Shown: positions 59,087 to 64,000 of the stretch, piece by piece
Position numbering within the stretch: position 1 is the stretch's first letter
Layout of the letters: each line of letters opens with the position of its first letter
Virus record (IMG/VR): IMGVR_UViG_3300042444_000045
Location: 1 to 64,000 of that record
DNA length: 64,000 nucleotides
Strand: one strand, 5' to 3'
Source of the DNA: a virus
Position numbers and translations under genes: made by a program
Notes under the pieces: model-generated
The model's database searches: none
Seen by the model: the letters and a program-made list of their open reading frames with translations, nothing else
Told to the model about the DNA's origin: nothing

Positions 59087-59629
59087 TTAACAATTAATAC
59101 AATCCATTTTATTGAGCAGCTTCCAAGCATAATTATAGAGTGACATACCTTTCTGAGGCTCATGACAAAACTCTACTTTAGACTTAGCAGCTTCTAAATA
59201 CATTCGGATTAGACCAAGCTCTTCTAATCTTTGCTTAATCTTAAATGGCGGATCACAATCTGCCACATCTAATCTACAAAGAATATTGTAGTATCTATTT
59301 AATGCTTTTGTAATTCTCATATGATTGTATTCTACATACACTACATCATTGGGAGAAACACTGTATTTAATAATATAAATACCATCTGGAATATCTACAT
59401 ATTCTGTCCCACAGTTTGATGTTTGCAGATTAAGATCACATGCTGTGATGTTTTCAATAAATCCTGCACTTACATCTAACTGTACAGAGTGTTGAAAACC
59501 AGGAACAGTAATGTTTAACTGCTCACAAACTACAGGAATTAGATCTGTGTAAACACTAGTATCCATCACTGTCAGGATACAAGGATTCATTACTGTAGGA
59601 ACTTCTAAACTTAATACGTGATTAGCCAT
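59087..59629 (-). CDS. Putative structural protein (crAss-like gene 73 position)
   Basis: 180 aa, with an IPDGIYIIKYSVSP motif and synteny. Confidence 0.5.
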   Translation of the reverse strand: MANHVLSLEVPTVMNPCILTVMDTSVYTDLIPVVCEQLNITVPGFQHSVQLDVSAGFIENITACDLNLQTSNCGTEYVDIPDGIYIIKYSVSPNDVVYVEYNHMRITKALNRYYNILCRLDVADCDPPFKIKQRLEELGLIRMYLEAAKSKVEFCHEPQKGMSLYNYAWKLLNKMDCINC

Positions 59630-59640
59630 AGGTATTTAAT

Positions 59641-59680
59641 AAAAAAGGGGATAGGAGTTTGAAACTCTTCTCCCCTTTAG
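59641..59680 (-). terminator. Intrinsic terminator (minus strand)
   Basis: The minus strand reads AAAGGGGAGAAGAGTTTCAAACTCCTATCCCCTTTTTT. Confidence 0.75.
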
Positions 59681-59702
59681 ATTTTTATTTTTTGTTACTT
59701 GC

Positions 59703-61337
59703 TTAGTTGCAAGAAACTACATTATAAGGGTTGTATAATGGAAGATCAGGGAAGTTCACTGGAACATCACATGCAGTCTCACAAGCAAATGCTTCAATGT
59801 TACATTGAGTATCACAACCAGTTAACCAGTTAGTAATATCAGTAACAAATGTTGACATAGCTGCAGTAGAGAAGATAGTCAATGCATACTGATCATTATC
59901 AAACACACCAGTTGGATTATTGAAACGTGGTACATTGTGAATTAGTACGTATCTGTAGTACAAAGCAGAACGGTTAATAGCACTAACAATTTGATTTCCT
60001 TGAGTGATCTCACGGATACGGAAGTCAGTAGCTAAGAAGTTTTGTCTGTAAGATTCAGAAAGAGTAAGTTCTCTAAGAACTGTCTCACCAAGACCTTGTA
60101 CTTGAAGACCAGCACACTCAGTAACAACACAAAGAGTTGTAAATGCACATGGGTCACCGTTAAGATCTACTTCAGAAGCATAAAGTTTAACTGGCTCTTT
60201 TTCATAGAAGTCAGAAACTTGGAACGTACAGTCACCAAATCTTGTATCTACATAAGCACCATTCAAGATTAAACCTGCACACTCACCATCTGTATGTCCT
60301 GCAGATACATAGTTATCCCAAGTATCAGCATCGTTTGCAGTTAAGAAAGAAGCTGCAGTTCCCGGAGCATACCAAAGAGTACCGTCTTCAGCTTGAACAA
60401 CTGGTTGAATAAATGGAGCAATGATTGGGTTATTTACAATTGCATTAGCCCAAGCAATCATTACAGTAGTTGAATCAACTGCAACTGGAGCAATAGCACC
60501 ATCTGGGCAACATCCTGTGTAAGCATCAACAGTAGCATATGCATTGTGATTTAAGAATCTCAAAGCTGGAGAACCTTTTACATCTAAACGTAAGTAGTAA
60601 GTTTCACCACATAGAAACTCTTTGCAACACTCAGCTACAGTACCACAACCTGTTTGTGGATGAGCATCAGTTACAGTAAGAACATCAAATGTTGCATCAT
60701 CATTACCAGCATCAATTGTAAGTGTGTCACCTACTGTATATCCTTTACCAGGATTAACAATAACAATTGAATCAACAGTACCACCACCAGCAACATAAGA
60801 AACAACCATACCTGTACCAGTACCACCAGTTACAGCAGCAATACCTGTTGCAGGATAACCTGTACCAGCTACTAATGTGTCAGTTGTTAATACACCACCA
60901 CCTGCAGTCCAGTAAGTAGAACCTACGTGGATTACATTGTTCTGTGGAGAACATGGAGCAACTGAATAGAAACGTGATACATACTTAGGGTTGATCATTT
61001 TAGACTTGTTAGTCTCTTGGTAACCACCCGCCAATGGACCAATTTTGTCATTGTCATAAATTGCAGATCCTGCAATGTATGCATTACAACAAGTGTCTGG
61101 TGTAATTGTCAAGTTAGTACTTGGACTAAAAATACCAAAGTAACCATTAGCTGTTTCAGAAGCAGCTGATGCTTTCAATTGGTTCAAACCATAAGTAGGT
61201 ACACCGTCAGTAGTAACATAACCTAAGTTAGTACTAGTAGAAACAGTAGTGCCATCTAATTTAGTTACAGCAACACTTGAACGTGTAGCACCTGTACCTA
61301 AAAATGCTTTTTCAAAAGCGTGATTAAAATAAGCCAT
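59703..61337 (-). CDS. Abundant structural protein (crAss-like gene 74 / auxiliary capsid protein position)
   Basis: 544 aa, flanked by its own promoter-like motif and terminator. It has an inserted GTGY...NPGKGYTVGD beta-module and many Cys pairs. Confidence 0.5.
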   Translation of the reverse strand: MAYFNHAFEKAFLGTGATRSSVAVTKLDGTTVSTSTNLGYVTTDGVPTYGLNQLKASAASETANGYFGIFSPSTNLTITPDTCCNAYIAGSAIYDNDKIGPLAGGYQETNKSKMINPKYVSRFYSVAPCSPQNNVIHVGSTYWTAGGGVLTTDTLVAGTGYPATGIAAVTGGTGTGMVVSYVAGGGTVDSIVIVNPGKGYTVGDTLTIDAGNDDATFDVLTVTDAHPQTGCGTVAECCKEFLCGETYYLRLDVKGSPALRFLNHNAYATVDAYTGCCPDGAIAPVAVDSTTVMIAWANAIVNNPIIAPFIQPVVQAEDGTLWYAPGTAASFLTANDADTWDNYVSAGHTDGECAGLILNGAYVDTRFGDCTFQVSDFYEKEPVKLYASEVDLNGDPCAFTTLCVVTECAGLQVQGLGETVLRELTLSESYRQNFLATDFRIREITQGNQIVSAINRSALYYRYVLIHNVPRFNNPTGVFDNDQYALTIFSTAAMSTFVTDITNWLTGCDTQCNIEAFACETACDVPVNFPDLPLYNPYNVVSCN

Positions 61338-61359
61338 TTTTTCTAAGTTTTAATTTATA

Positions 61360-61398
61360 AATATATACTATAATATAGTGAAAGTTTTTGAACTTTCA
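61360..61398 (-). promoter_or_regulatory. Putative late promoter with adjacent inverted repeat
   Basis: Minus-strand TTTCACTATATTATAGTATATAT and the inverted repeat TGAAAGTT-TTTG-AACTTTCA at 61379-61398. Confidence 0.5.
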
Positions 61399-61401
61399 AA
61401 A

Positions 61402-61920
61402 TTATTTTAGGAAAAGTAATTTGTACTTTGCTGAGTTAATTGAATCCTTAACAAGATCTAGATTGTTTACTATCTCTGAGTAAGGCATCATACCCTGGAG
61501 CTTGTTCACTATGTTATATAAATCTCTAAGATATGCTACAGCATCTGCAGTAGTATCTAGAGTTCTAATAGGCATATTAGTGTAAGTAAGAAGCTTCTCT
61601 GATACTCCTTGGTATCCTTCTATAAGTGTATCAGCTTTATCATGTAAGCCTTCATAGAATGCACCTAATGCTTTATGGGCTGCATAGGAACCCTCGCCTT
61701 TAACTTGTAAATGTAGTCTATGAAAACTAACTGCAGCATTCATCATCTCTGTTGCACATGCTGCTGTCATTGTATCAAGTGAACTTCCACCAACACCAGC
61801 ATCTGGAGTAGGTTCTGGTTTAGCAGGTTCACTCTTAGGTTGAGTAACAATAGGCTGTGGTCTGCTAAGTGTTCTAGCTGACTCTGGATTTCTCTTTAGT
61901 AGTCTTGTTTTATTTTCCAT
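61402..61920 (-). CDS. Dps/ferritin-like four-helix protein (DUF5856-like)
   Basis: FHRLHLQVKG-x2-SYAAHKALGAFYEGL-x3-ADTLIEGYQG resembles the Dps ferroxidase helices. Confidence 0.7.
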   Translation of the reverse strand: MENKTRLLKRNPESARTLSRPQPIVTQPKSEPAKPEPTPDAGVGGSSLDTMTAACATEMMNAAVSFHRLHLQVKGEGSYAAHKALGAFYEGLHDKADTLIEGYQGVSEKLLTYTNMPIRTLDTTADAVAYLRDLYNIVNKLQGMMPYSEIVNNLDLVKDSINSAKYKLLFLK

Positions 61921-61922
61921 GA

Positions 61923-62621
61923 TTAATTGTTACGTTCTGCTGTTTCTGTACCTCTAGAGAACTGGTTACCTGATTCAATATCTCCAGCAATAATACTTAC
62001 TGCCTCATCTATTATTACTTCTACTATATCATCTTTAAACTCACATTCTACATTCTGTATAGACTGCACACTTGTGTATGGATCTACACAACCTTGAATC
62101 TGAATCTTAATAGGTTGTCTATAGTAAATTAAATCTGCACTCTGAATTTCAAATTCATTGTTAGTATAAATATGAGTAGTATTACCAATGAGAGTAGCAA
62201 ATGTTTCACCCCACTCAAAGTTTGGCTGTTTGCCTTTGTCTCTTAGAAGAACATTAAGATCTCCTTCTTGAGCAAGATAAACTGTCATTCTTCTTTTCTC
62301 ACAGCATTCTTGTTTAGCAAAAACATCTACTCTTTTCCACTGTAAATAGTCTTCAGGAAGATTGCCAAAATAGTAGTATTCTTTATTTGACAATATAAGT
62401 GGGTCTCTATTAAGTAGTACTTGTAGATCATCTTTTCTACGAGTAGAACCCTCATCACCTTCTTTAACTAAGTTAATTCCATGCAATTGTCTTCTAGCCC
62501 ACTCAACCTGTGCTTTATTAAATGCCTCAACTATTTGCCAACATTCAATGTTGTCATAGTCCTGGCTATCTAATTTATTTAGCCGTTGCTTGATCTTTAT
62601 TTCAATTGTGCTATTTAACAT
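61923..62621 (-). CDS. Putative head-tail connector/ring protein (crAss-like gene 75 position)
   Basis: LNKLDSQDY...EAFNKAQ N-terminus, LPEDYL, YYRQP and ECEF...IIDEAV C-terminus. Confidence 0.55.
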   Translation of the reverse strand: MLNSTIEIKIKQRLNKLDSQDYDNIECWQIVEAFNKAQVEWARRQLHGINLVKEGDEGSTRRKDDLQVLLNRDPLILSNKEYYYFGNLPEDYLQWKRVDVFAKQECCEKRRMTVYLAQEGDLNVLLRDKGKQPNFEWGETFATLIGNTTHIYTNNEFEIQSADLIYYRQPIKIQIQGCVDPYTSVQSIQNVECEFKDDIVEVIIDEAVSIIAGDIESGNQFSRGTETAERNN

Positions 62622-62624
62622 TTC

Positions 62625-62984
62625 TTATCTTTTTTTAGCCATCTTTTTTAAAGTCATGGCAAGGGCTTTTCTCTTGGGTGTACAAGTTGGTTTTGACATC
62701 GGAGTACAATAACCCTTGTGTGCAGGATTAATTGCTTTCTGAATCCACTTTTTATCACCAGTAGATCCACCTTTTTTTGCATATCTTAGAGGTTCTTCTT
62801 GAATTAATGGAGCTGTACCAGAACTAGGCTTTGCAACTTTATTAATTACACCTTTAACAGTTCTTGTTTCTTTAACTGTTTCTGGTGCACCATATCTTTT
62901 CTTAACTGTTGTTTTATAATTACCATCAGGTGAATAAAACTTTTGTTTAGACTCTCTTGGTGAAGTACTCTTTTTAACAGGCAT
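62625..62984 (-). CDS. Small basic protein
   Basis: Lys-rich, with AKKGG followed by KKWIQKAINPAHKGYCTP...CTPKRKALAMTLKKM. Confidence 0.65.
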   Translation of the reverse strand: MPVKKSTSPRESKQKFYSPDGNYKTTVKKRYGAPETVKETRTVKGVINKVAKPSSGTAPLIQEEPLRYAKKGGSTGDKKWIQKAINPAHKGYCTPMSKPTCTPKRKALAMTLKKMAKKR

Positions 62985-62986
62985 GA

Positions 62987-63349
62987 CTATTTCTTTTTAA
63001 TGGCAGTACGTTTTTTAACTGGACTCATTTTTTTAATAGCAGCAATTTTTTTAACCATACCACCTTTTTTCATTACATTACTTGTAATTTTTTTAGCTGT
63101 ATCATCAATTTTCTTTTTTGCTTCTTTTTCTTTTTTCTTGGCATCTCTTTTACCGGCACTTAAATATGTGCCAATAGCTGCACCAGCACCACCTAAAATA
63201 GCACCTGCTACTTTAACACTTGGTCCAGAAAATGTACCTGGTGATTTTTTTTGTGGTAAACATGTTCCGCCAGGTCCACAATAGTATCCATCAGGGCAAT
63301 CTCCCCCTGTCATACAATTTTGTTTTGATCCAGTTTTCTTAATAGCCAT
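62987..63349 (-). CDS. Small basic protein with a 4-Cys module and Gly-zipper segment
   Basis: CMTGGDCPDGYYCGPGGTC, VAGAILGGAGAAIGTYL and MKKGG. Confidence 0.6.
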   Translation of the reverse strand: MAIKKTGSKQNCMTGGDCPDGYYCGPGGTCLPQKKSPGTFSGPSVKVAGAILGGAGAAIGTYLSAGKRDAKKKEKEAKKKIDDTAKKITSNVMKKGGMVKKIAAIKKMSPVKKRTAIKKK

Positions 63350-63351
63350 GG

Positions 63352-63672
63352 TTATTTCTTTTTAATAGTTCCACCCATTTTCTTTTTGTTCATCTTTGCA
63401 CCAGCAATTCTATCAGCAGCAGTAGGTTTAGGATTCTTATCAATACCTGCTTTAACAGATAACATTCCAAAAGTAGAACCACCTTTAGCCATTTTTTTCT
63501 TAACCATACCACCACGTTTCATTGTATCGATACCCTGGTAATTAGGACCTGTTGGACCTGTTTGAGGAATACCATACATCTGACCACCTTGAGCCATCTT
63601 CTTTACTTTCTTAACAGCTCCACCGGATTTCATTTTACCGCAACCAGTCTTGCAAGTTTTTAATGTTTTCAT
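63352..63672 (-). CDS. Small basic protein built around five MxxGG-type motifs
   Basis: MKSGG, MAQGG, MKRGG, MAKGG and KKMGG. Confidence 0.65.
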   Translation of the reverse strand: MKTLKTCKTGCGKMKSGGAVKKVKKMAQGGQMYGIPQTGPTGPNYQGIDTMKRGGMVKKKMAKGGSTFGMLSVKAGIDKNPKPTAADRIAGAKMNKKKMGGTIKKK

Positions 63673-63684
63673 CTTATATAATTT

Positions 63685-63966
63685 TTAACAGTTCCACTTT
63701 CTTAAAGACTTATTGATCCTTGAGTTAGGATCATTAGCTGTCTTAGAGCTTGTTAGTTTTTTCTTCATACCAGACATTCTAGCACAAAATGATTTTCTCC
63801 TATTAGCATCTTTACTATCTGGAGCAAGCTTTGAGGGTTTAGTTGTTACCGCAGTTTTTAATTTACTACCTGGATTAGCTTTTCTATATGATGCAACACC
63901 TTTAGCATTAAGACCTCCTGCTGGATTCTTACCTTCTTTTCTTTGCCATGCTGGAGACTTTGCCAT
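63685..63966 (-). CDS. Small basic phage protein (DUF6321-like)
   Basis: AWQRKEGKNPAGGLNAKG...RRKSFCARMSGM...SLRKWNC. Confidence 0.65.
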   Translation of the reverse strand: MAKSPAWQRKEGKNPAGGLNAKGVASYRKANPGSKLKTAVTTKPSKLAPDSKDANRRKSFCARMSGMKKKLTSSKTANDPNSRINKSLRKWNC

Positions 63967-63968
63967 AA

Positions 63969-64000
63969 TTATGCTTTTACACAGTTATTAACTACTTTAC
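63969..64000 (-). CDS. 3' end of a gene truncated by the window edge
   Basis: Reads KVVNNCVKA* and stops 2 nt before the next start. Confidence 0.4.
   Translation of the reverse strand, partial: KVVNNCVKA

Noticed and set aside
58951-59163. 70-aa minus-strand ORF
   Set aside because: It overlaps two better-supported genes in another frame.
9900-60300. Numerous 60-160 aa ORFs antisense to or nested in the large genes
   Set aside because: They are Ser/Leu/Phe-rich shadows of the coding strand with no motifs and no independent start context.
1-64000. Stop-codon reassignment (TAG/TGA), known in some crAss-like phages
   Set aside because: Genes tile the window densely in the standard code, including a 12 kb ORF. 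TAG and TGA act as real stops (for example 3885, 4247, 2325, 8511).

Overview
This window is about 64 kb of an AT-rich crAss-like (Crassvirales-related) phage genome read in the standard genetic code. A-rich, SD-less start regions point to a Bacteroidota/Flavobacteriia host. Bases 1-9078 (+) carry replication and accessory genes: a MoxR-like AAA ATPase, a PD-(D/E)XK exonuclease, a family B DNA polymerase, a DUF932-like protein, a MazG-like NTP pyrophosphatase, a 2OG-Fe(II) oxygenase and a hotdog thioesterase. They converge at a bidirectional terminator on a 55 kb minus-strand virion module. That module encodes small basic proteins, a Dps/ferritin-like protein, capsid- and tail-associated proteins (many very Cys-rich), tail ring and stabilisation proteins, and giant internal cargo proteins. 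The cargo includes a 4070 aa virion RNA polymerase with zincin, ART-like and ASCH-like domains. Four unexplained patterns stand out. (1) The three consecutive giant cargo proteins (7430 aa) appear to hold only four cysteines, all at the termini facing the next gene, suggesting a head-to-tail covalent ejection chain. (2) About 30 copies of a short xxxGG motif punctuate a second set of cargo and small basic proteins. (3) A modular cargo protein carries a kinase-like domain between repeated linkers. (4) A TATATT promoter-like motif recurs, paired with a TAAACTT-N3-AAGTTTA palindrome at two cargo genes. All calls come from reading motifs by eye; no database searches were run.
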